A stretch of DNA of 63,714 nucleotides from Actinomycetes bacterium (GTDB lineage: Bacteria; Actinomycetota; Acidimicrobiia; Acidimicrobiales; Palsa-688): contig JAJYMM010000097.1 of assembly GCA_021787035.1 (NCBI GenBank), forward strand, positions 1 to 63,714. The letters are read 5' to 3'. Shown here piece after piece: positions 44,884 to 54,366 of this stretch (its first letter is position 1; each line of letters opens with the position of its first letter). The translations under genes were made by a program, and so were the position numbers. Under the pieces are notes generated by a model, which saw nothing but the letters and a program-made list of their open reading frames with translations, was not told the origin of the DNA and searched no databases.

Positions 44884-45810
44884 ATGAAGGGAAGGCACTT
44901 CGGCGCCCCGCCTCCAACGTCCCGCGCCCCTTGGACGGCTGTGGTGCTGGCCGCCGGCGCGGCTCTCCTCGCCGGCGGCGCCACGGCCGTGGGTGTCGTG
45001 GTAGCCACGCAGCAACACGCGCCCCAGCCGACCCGAGCGCAGGCGGGGGCGCTTGGCCCGCCGGCCCCGCACTTGGTCCCTAGCGCCGCGGCACCAGTTG
45101 GGCGGAGCGAGACGCCGGGGGCTCGGGTCGCCGGCTCGCTCGCGACGGCCGCCATTGACCGTGCCGCTTTGGCCCTCGCAGAGCGAAAGGGCCTGCCCGC
45201 TGGGCCCGCGCTGGCCAGGTCGCGACCGGTAGGCCTCGACATACCCGCGATCGGGGTAGACGCCCACGTGGGCGAGGTCGGCCTCAACGCGAACGGCACC
45301 ATCCAGGTGCCGCCCCTCTTCGCCAAGCCGAGCGAGGCTGCTTGGTACCGCTACTCCCCCACTCCGGGCCAACCCGGCCCGTCGGTGATCGTGGGGCACG
45401 TGGACAATATTTACGGCCCAGCCGTCTTTTTCCGCATAGGCGCGCTCGTGCCTGGCGACCACATAGGAATAGCCCTGGCCGACGGTGATGTGGCGAACTT
45501 CATGGTCGACGGCGTGCGCACATATTCAAAAGCGCACTTCCCCACCGCTGTCGTCTACGGCTCGACCAGCTACCCGGCCCTCCGCCTGATCACATGCGGG
45601 GGGCCTTTCGACTACTCGACGCGCCAGTACTTGGACAACACGGTCGTCTTCGCCTCGCTGGTCACAGCACATGCCTCTCCGAGCGCTGGTGCGGGTGCTG
45701 GTGCTGGTGCTGGTGCTGGTGCTGGTGCGGGTGCGGGTGCGGGTGCGGGTGCGGGCGCGCCGGGTGCTGGTGCTGGTGCAGCCCGAGGCGCTAGCGCGGG
45801 CGCTGGCTAG
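44884..45810 (+). CDS. class F sortase with a C-terminal (Ala-Gly)n tail
   Basis: N-terminal TM, catalytic His (VIVGHVD) and catalytic Cys (LRLITCGG). The tail is encoded by GCTGGT/GCGGGT hexanucleotide repeats at 45663-45800. Confidence 0.75.
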   Translation: MKGRHFGAPPPTSRAPWTAVVLAAGAALLAGGATAVGVVVATQQHAPQPTRAQAGALGPPAPHLVPSAAAPVGRSETPGARVAGSLATAAIDRAALALAERKGLPAGPALARSRPVGLDIPAIGVDAHVGEVGLNANGTIQVPPLFAKPSEAAWYRYSPTPGQPGPSVIVGHVDNIYGPAVFFRIGALVPGDHIGIALADGDVANFMVDGVRTYSKAHFPTAVVYGSTSYPALRLITCGGPFDYSTRQYLDNTVVFASLVTAHASPSAGAGAGAGAGAGAGAGAGAGAGAGAPGAGAGAARGASAGAG

Positions 45811-46029
45811 GACGCGAGCGCACGAACGGGGCCGGCCGGCGCAAGAACGGCCCAAGCCGAGGAAAAACTGCGGCGTCTGGATCCGAAAACGGCACATGGC
45901 TTCGTTTTTTGCGCGAAACCGCGCTGATTTCTACTGGATGTGGAGTTTCCAGACCCACATGTGCCACTTTTTTGTGCGCCACTGGCGTTCAGGAGCTCGC
46001 CGGCACCCGCCGCGACGGCCCGGCCACCT

Positions 46030-46130
46030 CCTCAGCCCACCGTCCTCAGCCCACCGTCCTCCGTCCTCAGCTCACCGTCCTCAGCTCACCGTCCTCAGCT
46101 CATCGTCCTCAGCTCATCGTCGGGAAGTGC
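46030..46130. repeat. 15-bp tandem repeat x~6 (CTCAGCCCACCGTCC / CTCAGCTCACCGTCC / CTCAGCTCATCGTCC), intergenic, just past the mmsA stop
   Basis: Direct reading. Confidence 0.85.
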
Positions 46131-47604
46131 AAGGACGCGCCGGCGCCGGCCCTGGGTGCCGGCCAACGGACGTGACGACCTTGGAGCGCGTGTAGAAGCC
46201 GACGCCCTCGGGGCCGTGGATGCGTCGCTCCCCGAAGAGCGAGTCTTTCCACCCTCCGAAGGAGTAGTAGGCCATCGGGACCGGGATCGGAACGTTCAGC
46301 CCGATCATGCCGACGTTTACTTCCCTGTGGAACCTCCGGGCCGCCTCGCCCGACGAGGTGAAGACCGCGGTGCCGTTGCCATAAGGATTGGCGTTCACAA
46401 GCTCGATCGCCTCGTCCACGGTCCCGGCCCGCAAGACCGACAGCACGGGGCCAAATATCTCGTCCCGGTAGACCTCCATGTCCGGGGTCACCTGGTCGAC
46501 AACTGTGGGGCCGACAAAAAAGCCTCCTTCGTGCCCGGCGACTACGAGACCTCGGCCGTCGCGTGCGAGACGTGCCCCCTCTCGCTCGGCGCGCTCGATG
46601 TAGCCGGTTATCCGCTCCTTGGCCTGCAGGGTGACGACGGGCCCCATCTCGCTCGCCTCGTCCCTACCTGGGCCCACTCGCACGGCATCGGCCCGCTCGG
46701 TAAGGGCGCGCACCAAGTCATCGCCGGCGTCGCCGACAGCCACCGCTGCCGATATTGCCATGCACCGCTCGCCGGCACTACCGAACGCCGCCGCAGATAC
46801 GTGGTCTGCCGCAAAGGACAGGTCGGCGTCTGGCAACACGACAGCGTGGTTCTTCGCCCCGCCGAGCGCCTGGACGCGCTTGCCTGAGGCGGTGGCCTTT
46901 TCGTGGACGTAGCGGGCAATCGGCGTCGATCCGACGAAGGAAACCGCAGCCACGTCGGGGTGGCCCAAGATGGCGTCGACGGCCAGCTTGTCGCCGTTTA
47001 TCACGTTGAAGACCCCCTCTGGCAAGCCGGCCTCGGCCCAGAGCTCAGCCACGCGGAGCGACGGCGACGGGTCGCGCTCGCTCGGCTTTAGGACAAAGGT
47101 GTTGCCGCACGCGATCGCGACTGGGTACATCCACATAGGGACCATCGCCGGGAAATTGAACGGCGTAATGCCCGCTACTACGCCCAGTGGTTGGCGGTAG
47201 GAGAAAACGTCGACGCCTCGCGAGACCTGGTCCGAGTACTCCCCCTTCAAAAGGTGCGGGATGCCGCAGGCGAACTCCACTACCTCTAGGCCTCGCTGCA
47301 CCTCGCCCAGCGCATCTGAATAGACCTTGCCGTGCTCGTCCACGATCATGCCCGCAAGCTCGGGCATGTGGGCGTTCAGAAGTTCCCTGAAGGAAAAGAG
47401 GATCTTCGCCCGCTGCGAGAGCGACGATTGGCCCCACTCCAAGAAGGCCGCCGCGGCGGCCCGGACGGCCTCGTCAACCTCGTCCGCGCCGACAAAGCTC
47501 ACCTCGGCCTGCTGCTCACCCGTCGCTGGGTTGTAGACCGCTCCGGTGCGCCCCGAGCGCCCCTCGACCGCCTTGCCTGCGAACCAATGCCCGATCGACC
47601 TCAT
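46114..47604 (-). CDS. mmsA: methylmalonate-semialdehyde dehydrogenase (CoA-acylating) MmsA/IolA
   Basis: Aldehyde dehydrogenase family (GITPFNFPAMVPMWM; VGSTP; catalytic Cys context ERCMA). Confidence 0.85.
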   Translation of the reverse strand: MRSIGHWFAGKAVEGRSGRTGAVYNPATGEQQAEVSFVGADEVDEAVRAAAAAFLEWGQSSLSQRAKILFSFRELLNAHMPELAGMIVDEHGKVYSDALGEVQRGLEVVEFACGIPHLLKGEYSDQVSRGVDVFSYRQPLGVVAGITPFNFPAMVPMWMYPVAIACGNTFVLKPSERDPSPSLRVAELWAEAGLPEGVFNVINGDKLAVDAILGHPDVAAVSFVGSTPIARYVHEKATASGKRVQALGGAKNHAVVLPDADLSFAADHVSAAAFGSAGERCMAISAAVAVGDAGDDLVRALTERADAVRVGPGRDEASEMGPVVTLQAKERITGYIERAEREGARLARDGRGLVVAGHEGGFFVGPTVVDQVTPDMEVYRDEIFGPVLSVLRAGTVDEAIELVNANPYGNGTAVFTSSGEAARRFHREVNVGMIGLNVPIPVPMAYYSFGGWKDSLFGERRIHGPEGVGFYTRSKVVTSVGRHPGPAPARPCTSRR

Positions 47605-47617
47605 GTGATCGCTCCTT

Positions 47618-49513
47618 TCAGGCCTTCAGATAGTTGCCGCGCGCCGCCACCTGGCGAGCCTTGGCCACTTCGTAACCCTTTCGCGCCGAGACCGTCGGCT
47701 CAGTCTCGGCGACCTCGGCCACGGCCACGTCCCACCAAGACTCGCTCGATGGCGCCGGCACGAACGGGTCCGTCTCAACGCACACCAGGACCGGTCCCTC
47801 GGCTGCCTTGGCTTCGACCAAGGCAGCCCGCAGTTCCGCGATGCTCTTTACCCCAATCGCCTTCGCGCCGAGGCTCTTGGCGTTGGCGACGAAATCGACC
47901 GGGAGGGGGGGCCCGTCGAGCATGCCGCTCCCCTCGTCGCGGTAGCGGTACCAGGTGCCGAAGCGCTCCGTACCAACCGTCTCGGAAAGCGACCCGATCG
48001 AGGCGAAGCCGTGGTTGTCGACCAAGACCACGATCAGCTTCACGCCCTCTTGCACGGCAGTGACGAGCTCCTGGGCCATCATCAGGTAGGAACCATCCCC
48101 TACCATCACGTAAACCTCGCGCTCGGGCGCCGCCAGCTTCACGCCGAGCCCGCCGGCGATCTCGTATCCCATACAGCTGTAGCCGTACTCCACGTGGTAG
48201 CCCTTCGGGTCACGGGTGCGCCACAGCTTGTGGAGGTCTCCCGGCATGGAGCCAGCCGCGCACATGACCACGTCACGGGGCCCAGAAACCTCGTTCACGG
48301 CACCGATCACCTCGGACTGAGCCGGGAGGGGGCCGTGGCCGAGGTGATAGGCACCCTCGACGGTGGCATCCCAGTCGCGAGCGAGGCGCCCGGCCTTCTC
48401 GCGGTAGGGCTCCCCCACGGACCAGCCGGCCAGAGCGGCCCCAAGCTGCTCGAGGACCGCACGGGCGTCACCTACCACTGAAAGCCCTGAGTGCTTGGTG
48501 GCGTCCATGCGGGCGACGTTCAGGTTGATAAAACGCACGTCCGGATTCGAAAACGCGGTGCGCGACGCAGTGGTGAAATCGGCCCAGCGCGTCCCGATGC
48601 CGATCACCACGTCTGCCTCAGCTGCGAGGGCGTTGGCGGCAGTCGTGCCGGTGACGCCCACGGCCCCGACCGAGAGTGGGTGGTCGTAGGGTAACGAGCC
48701 CTTGCCGGCTTGCGTCTCGGCCACGGGGATCCCCGTCGCCTCGGCGAGGGCGGCAAGCACGCCGGTGGCCTCGGAGTAGATCACGCCTCCTCCAGCGACG
48801 ATCAGAGGACGGCTCGCGCTACGCAAAAGGTCCACAGCCCGAGCGAGCGCCTGAGGGGCCGCCGGCGCCCTGTCGATGGGCCAGACGCGCCGCTCGAACA
48901 GCTCCACCGGCCAGTCGTAGGCCTCCGCTTGGACGTCTTGGTCGAGGCAGAGCGTCACCGCCCCCGTCTCAGCCTGGTCGGTGAGCACTCGCATCGCACC
49001 GAGGAGCGCTTCGGTCAGCTGCTCGGGCCTTGCCACCCGGTCGAAGAAGCGAGAAACGGGCCGGAAGGTGTCGTTCACCGACACGTCCCGGTAGACGGGG
49101 TGCTCTAGTTGCTGGAGAACGGGGTCGGCAGGCCGCGTGGCGAACACGTCGCCCGGCAGCAACAAGACCGGGAGGCGGTTCACGGTCGCGAGCGCCGCCC
49201 CCGTGACCATGTTGGTGGCACCGGGCCCAATCGACGAGATGCACGCCATAGTCGAGAGGCGGTTGCGCATCCGGGCGAAGGCAGCAGCTGCGTGGACCGT
49301 CGCTTGTTCGTTGCGGGCCTGGCGGTAGACGAAGGCACCGGGCCTACGCAGTTCGGCCTCGAGCAATGCCTGGCCGAGACCGGCTACGTTGCCATGCCCA
49401 AAAATCCCGAAGCAGCCTTCCACGAGGCGGTGCTCAACCCCGTCGCGCTCGCTGTACTGCTCGGAAAGAAACCTGATGACCGCCTGCCCGACAGTCAGGC
49501 GCACCGTGCTCAC
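47618..49513 (-). CDS. iolD: 3D-(3,5/4)-trihydroxycyclohexane-1,2-dione hydrolase IolD (TPP enzyme)
   Basis: TPP_N/M/C architecture. The GTG start at 49513 forms a GTGA overlap with the iolB stop. ORF 47618..49612. Confidence 0.85.
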   Translation of the reverse strand: MSTVRLTVGQAVIRFLSEQYSERDGVEHRLVEGCFGIFGHGNVAGLGQALLEAELRRPGAFVYRQARNEQATVHAAAAFARMRNRLSTMACISSIGPGATNMVTGAALATVNRLPVLLLPGDVFATRPADPVLQQLEHPVYRDVSVNDTFRPVSRFFDRVARPEQLTEALLGAMRVLTDQAETGAVTLCLDQDVQAEAYDWPVELFERRVWPIDRAPAAPQALARAVDLLRSASRPLIVAGGGVIYSEATGVLAALAEATGIPVAETQAGKGSLPYDHPLSVGAVGVTGTTAANALAAEADVVIGIGTRWADFTTASRTAFSNPDVRFINLNVARMDATKHSGLSVVGDARAVLEQLGAALAGWSVGEPYREKAGRLARDWDATVEGAYHLGHGPLPAQSEVIGAVNEVSGPRDVVMCAAGSMPGDLHKLWRTRDPKGYHVEYGYSCMGYEIAGGLGVKLAAPEREVYVMVGDGSYLMMAQELVTAVQEGVKLIVVLVDNHGFASIGSLSETVGTERFGTWYRYRDEGSGMLDGPPLPVDFVANAKSLGAKAIGVKSIAELRAALVEAKAAEGPVLVCVETDPFVPAPSSESWWDVAVAEVAETEPTVSARKGYEVAKARQVAARGNYLKA

Positions 49514-50460
49514 TTGCCATCCCCCCCTCGGCCGGACAAGCGGGGATCGACCGCTTGCCCCTCCCATGAGGACCGCACCCAGTCGTGGGTGGGGTCGAAG
49601 CTGACTGACCATGCACGCTCACCCGGCCCGGCCATCACGTTCAAGTAGTAGAGGTCATAGCCCGGGGCCGCCATCGAGGGCCCATGGTAGCCATGGGGTA
49701 TGAGGACGACATCGCCGCTCCGTACCTCTGCAAGTACGTCAATAGGGCGCTCTGGCGTGCCGTACACGCGCTGGTAGGCGACTCCCTCGGACCCCGAGGG
49801 GCCTTCTGCGACACAGAAGTAGTAGATCTCTTCGAGCTCGGTCTCCCCGGGGCGCTCCTCGTCGTGCTTGTGGGGCGGCCACGACGACCAGTTGCCGCCT
49901 GGGGTAACGACTTCACAGGCGATCAGCCTGTCGGCGTCGAAGGTCCCGGGCATGCAGTAATTGGCGATACGGCGCGAGCTCGAGCCGGCGCCCCGCACTT
50001 CGAGCGCCACCTCGGCACCGCCCCCGCGACGCGGCGACAAGCGACGGCTGGCTTTCGCCCCAGCAAGAGCAAACCGCCCCCCTCCCTCGCTCGAAGCCTC
50101 GACGTCAGAGCCGACAGGTAGGTAGGCAAAATCGCTCGGCCCGGAGAACACGTCCACCCGCCCGGCGAGCTCGTAGCGCTCAGCGCAACACGAGACCCTG
50201 CACCCTCCCTCGAGGGGCAGGAGGATCATCTCGTCACCACCCGTGTTGAAGGCGTGCGACCCACCGGGAGCGAGCGCGAGCACCCTGAGCGACGACCAAG
50301 ACCAGCCGGCGCCCTCCTGGGTCAGCTCGAGCTCCCATGGGCCGGCGGCCATAGAGCCCGCTGGCCGGTGGAGGCTGCCGGTACGTGCGGGCCCTTGCCC
50401 TGCTCGCCCTTGCCCTGCTCGCCCTTGCCCTGCTGGCATACCTTGCCCTGCCACCGTCAT
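49510..50460 (-). CDS. iolB: 5-deoxy-glucuronate isomerase IolB
   Basis: Motifs SSWPPHKHDE...YYLNVMAGP match B. subtilis IolB. The ATG at 50460 forms an ATGA overlap with the iolG stop. A 15-bp x3 repeat (GCCCTTGCCCTGCTC, 50385-50440) encodes GQGRAGQGRAGQG in the N-terminus. Confidence 0.85.
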   Translation of the reverse strand: MTVAGQGMPAGQGRAGQGRAGQGPARTGSLHRPAGSMAAGPWELELTQEGAGWSWSSLRVLALAPGGSHAFNTGGDEMILLPLEGGCRVSCCAERYELAGRVDVFSGPSDFAYLPVGSDVEASSEGGGRFALAGAKASRRLSPRRGGGAEVALEVRGAGSSSRRIANYCMPGTFDADRLIACEVVTPGGNWSSWPPHKHDEERPGETELEEIYYFCVAEGPSGSEGVAYQRVYGTPERPIDVLAEVRSGDVVLIPHGYHGPSMAAPGYDLYYLNVMAGPGERAWSVSFDPTHDWVRSSWEGQAVDPRLSGRGGDGK

Positions 50461-51524
50461 CTCTTCGGCTCCGACGACGCCGCCTCTCGGTCCCCCAGCG
50501 ACACTTCCGCGACCGCGACGCTGCGGCCTTGCGCGAGGGAGCGCTTCGCTGCCAACCCGAGGACGAGCGCCGCCCGGCCGTCGTGGCCCGAAGTCGGCGG
50601 CGGCGACCCTGACTGCACGGCGCGCACGAAGGCCTCCCACTGGCGCAGGTAGCTCTCTTGGTAGCGCTCGATGAAGAAGTACGGCAGCGTCGCCAACCGG
50701 GCACCGCCCGCGTCGAGCACCTGCGCCGTATTGACGAGGGGGTTGCCCGACGCCGCCAGGCCAGCCGAACCAAGCACCTCCACCCTCTGGTCGTACCCGT
50801 ACACCGCCTTGCGGCTGTTGTCGATCGATGTGAGACATCCGTCCACATGGTGGAGCGTTATAACCGCGGTGTCAACGTCGCCGAGCTCGGCCAGAGCTGG
50901 CTCGATACGGACGGCGCCCGCTGCGTGAACTTCGGCCACTTCGCTCCCCACCACGAAACGCGCCATGTCGAAGTCATGGATGGTCATGTCGAGGAATATC
51001 CCACCCGACGCGCGCGCGTAGGCCATCGGGGGCGGTTCGGGGTCCCGGCTCGTGATCCGCACGACGTGGGGTACCCCCACCGTCCCCTCAGCCACGGCTT
51101 GGCGCACCGCGGCGTGCGAAGGGTCGAACCTGCGGTTGAACCCGACCATGAGGGCCGTGCCCGCCGCGGCAACGGCAGCAAGTGCCCGGTCCACCTCGGC
51201 CAGGTCGAGCGAGACTGGTTTCTCACAAAAGACCGCCTTCTTGCCGCCTGCCGCCGCCTCAATTATCAATTCGACGTGCTGCTCGGTGGGAGCACAGATG
51301 GCGACGGCGTCTATCGCGGGGTCCTCAAGGAGGCGGCCCGTCTCGAGGGCTGGGACCCCGAGCGCCTGGCCAACTTCGCCGGCGAGCGGGGCGACCGCGT
51401 CGGACACCGCGGCCAGCTTGGCGCCAGGTACCCGCCCGACCAGGAGCTCGGCGTGCATCCGGCCGATCCGGCCCACCCCGGCCACGCCGACGCGCAAGGG
51501 CGCACCTTTGCCGGGCGCGCTCAA
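50457..51524 (-). CDS. iolG: inositol 2-dehydrogenase (Gfo/Idh/MocA)
   Basis: Rossmann motif GVAGVGRIGRMHA followed by a GFO_IDH_MocA C-terminal domain. Confidence 0.8.
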   Translation of the reverse strand: MSAPGKGAPLRVGVAGVGRIGRMHAELLVGRVPGAKLAAVSDAVAPLAGEVGQALGVPALETGRLLEDPAIDAVAICAPTEQHVELIIEAAAGGKKAVFCEKPVSLDLAEVDRALAAVAAAGTALMVGFNRRFDPSHAAVRQAVAEGTVGVPHVVRITSRDPEPPPMAYARASGGIFLDMTIHDFDMARFVVGSEVAEVHAAGAVRIEPALAELGDVDTAVITLHHVDGCLTSIDNSRKAVYGYDQRVEVLGSAGLAASGNPLVNTAQVLDAGGARLATLPYFFIERYQESYLRQWEAFVRAVQSGSPPPTSGHDGRAALVLGLAAKRSLAQGRSVAVAEVSLGDREAASSEPKR

Positions 51525-52414
51525 AGTGCACCCCGGAGGTACTCGATCGAGGCGCTGACGTCGCTCGCGGGGTCGGCCGAAGCGGCCATGTCGGGGTCGA
51601 TGGTGGTGTCCTGCTCAAACACGTACCAACCCCGGTAGCCGCCCGCCTCGAGTGCCTTGACGGTGCCGGCGATGTCCACGCTCCCCTTGCCGAGGGGCCG
51701 GAACAGGCCGGCGCGGGTCGCTTCGAGCAAGCTCGTCTTGTGCTCGATGACCGCTGGCGCGAGCGAGAGGTCGACGTCTTTCAGGTGCACGAGCCCGACC
51801 CTTCCAACGTGGCGCTTGGCGAATGTGACGGGGTCGGCACCCCCTATGGCGAAATGACCCGTGTCAAGGCAGAAAGCCACGCGAGAGCGCTCCACGACGG
51901 CTTCGATGTGGCTGGCGCGCTCCACCAGGGTCCCCACGTGGGGGTGGAGCACTTGTTTCAGCTCGTGGCGGGCGCACACCTCGTCCACCATGTCCAAGCC
52001 CTCGGCCATGCTGTCCCATTGCGCCGGGGTCAGCTCGAAGGGCTCACTCCACCCCTCGTCGACTACCGCCGCAGTGACGAAGTACGTCCCACCGGCGCCG
52101 GACAAAAGGCGCGCGGCTTGTTCCGCGGCCTCCTGTGCCGCTTCTCGCTGGGACTCGTCGTGCAACGCCGGGACGGGAACGAAACCGCCGATCGCCCCCA
52201 GGCCGAAGCCTCTCAGCAGAGCCCGGATTTGCTCTGGCTGCTCACCCAGGTACCCGAGCGCACCGAGCTCGCTCCCCAACAGGCCGAGCTTGCGCATCTC
52301 AGATAGCACGCGTTCGGGGGGCAGCATCACCCCCCAGCCTGGTACCTCGCAGACACCCCACGAGATCGGGGCGCCTGCGAGGCGCCCCAAGACACTTCCC
52401 TCTGGTGCAAGCAT
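51521..52414 (-). CDS. iolE: inosose dehydratase / sugar-phosphate isomerase (xylose-isomerase-like TIM barrel), IolE-like
   Basis: Motifs GAPISWGV...LDTGHF...VHLKDV, AP-endonuclease-2-like TIM barrel. It is in the iol operon. Confidence 0.7.
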   Translation of the reverse strand: MLAPEGSVLGRLAGAPISWGVCEVPGWGVMLPPERVLSEMRKLGLLGSELGALGYLGEQPEQIRALLRGFGLGAIGGFVPVPALHDESQREAAQEAAEQAARLLSGAGGTYFVTAAVVDEGWSEPFELTPAQWDSMAEGLDMVDEVCARHELKQVLHPHVGTLVERASHIEAVVERSRVAFCLDTGHFAIGGADPVTFAKRHVGRVGLVHLKDVDLSLAPAVIEHKTSLLEATRAGLFRPLGKGSVDIAGTVKALEAGGYRGWYVFEQDTTIDPDMAASADPASDVSASIEYLRGAL

Positions 52415-52456
52415 TTTGGTCTCGGTCTCCTTCCTGGTTCAGCGGACCACTTCGCC

Positions 52457-53515
52457 CTAGCGGAGCGGTCTTGCGACATCGTGACGCCCTGGAACGGCGA
52501 CCGGCGCGCCGAGGCGACAAGATTCCGCCGCGGCACGGGCAATGTCGAAGGCGGCCAGGGCGTCGTGGCCCGAGGGGCCGGTTGGCTCACCACTCAGCAC
52601 CGAACGAGCGAAGTGCTCTAGCTCGGCCGAAAAGGCAGCGCCGTAGCGGCGGTCGTAGCTCGCGATGAGGGGCTTGCTCGAGGAACCGGGCTCCCGCCAC
52701 TCGTAACTGGCCGCAAACGGCTCGTCTATACGCACGGTCGCTTTTTCCCCCATGAGCTCGAGCGAGCTCTCGTAGCCGTACCCGGCCACGCGCGAGATGT
52801 CGATCGACCCGAGTGCTCCCCCTGTAAAACGGAGCACGACCACCGCGCTGTGGTAGTCGCCGGTACTCGCGAAGGCGGGGTCTTGCCAAGAAGCGCCTTC
52901 TGCGCTCACGCTCTCCACCTCGCCGACCAACCACCGGGCGGTGTCAAAATCGTGGATCCCCATGTCGATGAAGATCCCACCGGACCCAGCGATGAACTGC
53001 GGCGCAGGAGACGCCTTGTCCCGCTGGCTCGCCCGGTAGAGGCGGACCTCCCCGAGCTCCCCCGCACTCACCCGCCCCGCGGCCGCCACGAGCGCGGGGT
53101 CAAAACGCCGGTGGAAACCTACCTGAAGGAACTGCCTCGCCTCGGAAAACGCCTCGACTACCTCCACGGTCGACGCCCTCTCGAGCGAGATCGGCTTCTC
53201 GGAAAATACGTGCTTCCCGGCACGGACTGCTTCGAGGGCCATCGCGGCGTGGGCGGCCGTGGGGGTTGCTATAACCACAGCGTCCACGCCCGGGTCAGCC
53301 AAAAGCGCTTCGTAGCTCTCTGCCACCCGAGCACCTAGCTCCTCGCCAAGGGGCCGAGCGACATCAAGACGAGTGTCGAAAACCGCAACCAGCTCCGCGG
53401 AGGGGCACGAACGGGCGATGTTACGGGCGTGCACGCTCCCCATGCGGCCGAGCCCGGCAACGGCCAGCCTCGCCCGGCCCGCAGGCCTCGGTGCGCTGGC
53501 GCTCCGATCGGTCAT
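52457..53515 (-). CDS. Gfo/Idh/MocA oxidoreductase (second inositol dehydrogenase paralog)
   Basis: Rossmann motif VAGLGRMGSVHARN plus a C-terminal domain. Confidence 0.75.
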   Translation of the reverse strand: MTDRSASAPRPAGRARLAVAGLGRMGSVHARNIARSCPSAELVAVFDTRLDVARPLGEELGARVAESYEALLADPGVDAVVIATPTAAHAAMALEAVRAGKHVFSEKPISLERASTVEVVEAFSEARQFLQVGFHRRFDPALVAAAGRVSAGELGEVRLYRASQRDKASPAPQFIAGSGGIFIDMGIHDFDTARWLVGEVESVSAEGASWQDPAFASTGDYHSAVVVLRFTGGALGSIDISRVAGYGYESSLELMGEKATVRIDEPFAASYEWREPGSSSKPLIASYDRRYGAAFSAELEHFARSVLSGEPTGPSGHDALAAFDIARAAAESCRLGAPVAVPGRHDVARPLR

Positions 53516-54366
53516 TCTTGGGCGAGCACGCGAAGTGCCCCGGTATCGAGCGCGCTCTCGTCAATACCGAGCTCGCTCAGCTTGCCCTTGATGATGTAGC
53601 CCGCCAGCTCCTGTTCGCTCTGGCCCTCGTTGGCGACGTCCACGACCTTCCTCCCATGCCAAAAAACTACGAAGCGATCGGCCACGTCGCGCACTTGTGC
53701 GAGGTTGTGCATCACGCACACGACCGCCAGCCCTCTTTGCCTTGCCCTGCGCATGAACTCGAAGACCTTTTCAGTCTCCGCGATCGACAGGGCCGAAGTC
53801 GGCTCATCCAAGATGAGCATCCTTTTTTCGAAGGCCACCGCCCGGCCGATACTGATGGCCTGGCGCTCACCGCCGGAGAGGCGGCTCACGTCCTGGCCGA
53901 GGTCGCGCAGGTTGCCGAGGCCGATCTCCTCCAACATCTTGTTCGTCTCCCTGCGCATTCGCCGCAGGTCCAAGAAGGGGCCCTTGCGAACCTCTGCGCC
54001 GAGGAAGAAATTGCGCACGATGCTCATGGAATCGACCAGGCCGAGGTCCTGGTGGACCGTCTCGATGCCCGCTTGGCGGGCATCGGCGGCGTTTCGGAAC
54101 CGGACGTCCTTGCCTCCGATGGCGATCGACCCGCGCGTCGGCTGGTACACACCTGAAGCGATCTTCACGAAAGTGGACTTGCCCGACCCGTTGTCGCCGA
54201 TCAGGCCGACGATCTGGCCAGGGTAAAAGGTGATATCTATCCCGTCTAGCGCTACGACCCCCCCGAAGTGCTTGGCCACGCCGCGTGCCTCGAACCATGG
54301 CCCTGCGCTGCCGGGGCTGCCGGGGGTGCCCTCCGTCTTAGGAGCTGGGCCGGCCTCCGCGCTCAT
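53512..54366 (-). CDS. sugar ABC transporter ATP-binding protein
   Basis: Walker A (GDNGSGKST), LSGGERQ signature and Walker B (ILDEPTSAL). The ATG at 54366 forms an ATGA overlap with the permease stop. ORF 53512..54453. Confidence 0.8.
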   Translation of the reverse strand: MSAEAGPAPKTEGTPGSPGSAGPWFEARGVAKHFGGVVALDGIDITFYPGQIVGLIGDNGSGKSTFVKIASGVYQPTRGSIAIGGKDVRFRNAADARQAGIETVHQDLGLVDSMSIVRNFFLGAEVRKGPFLDLRRMRRETNKMLEEIGLGNLRDLGQDVSRLSGGERQAISIGRAVAFEKRMLILDEPTSALSIAETEKVFEFMRRARQRGLAVVCVMHNLAQVRDVADRFVVFWHGRKVVDVANEGQSEQELAGYIIKGKLSELGIDESALDTGALRVLAQE

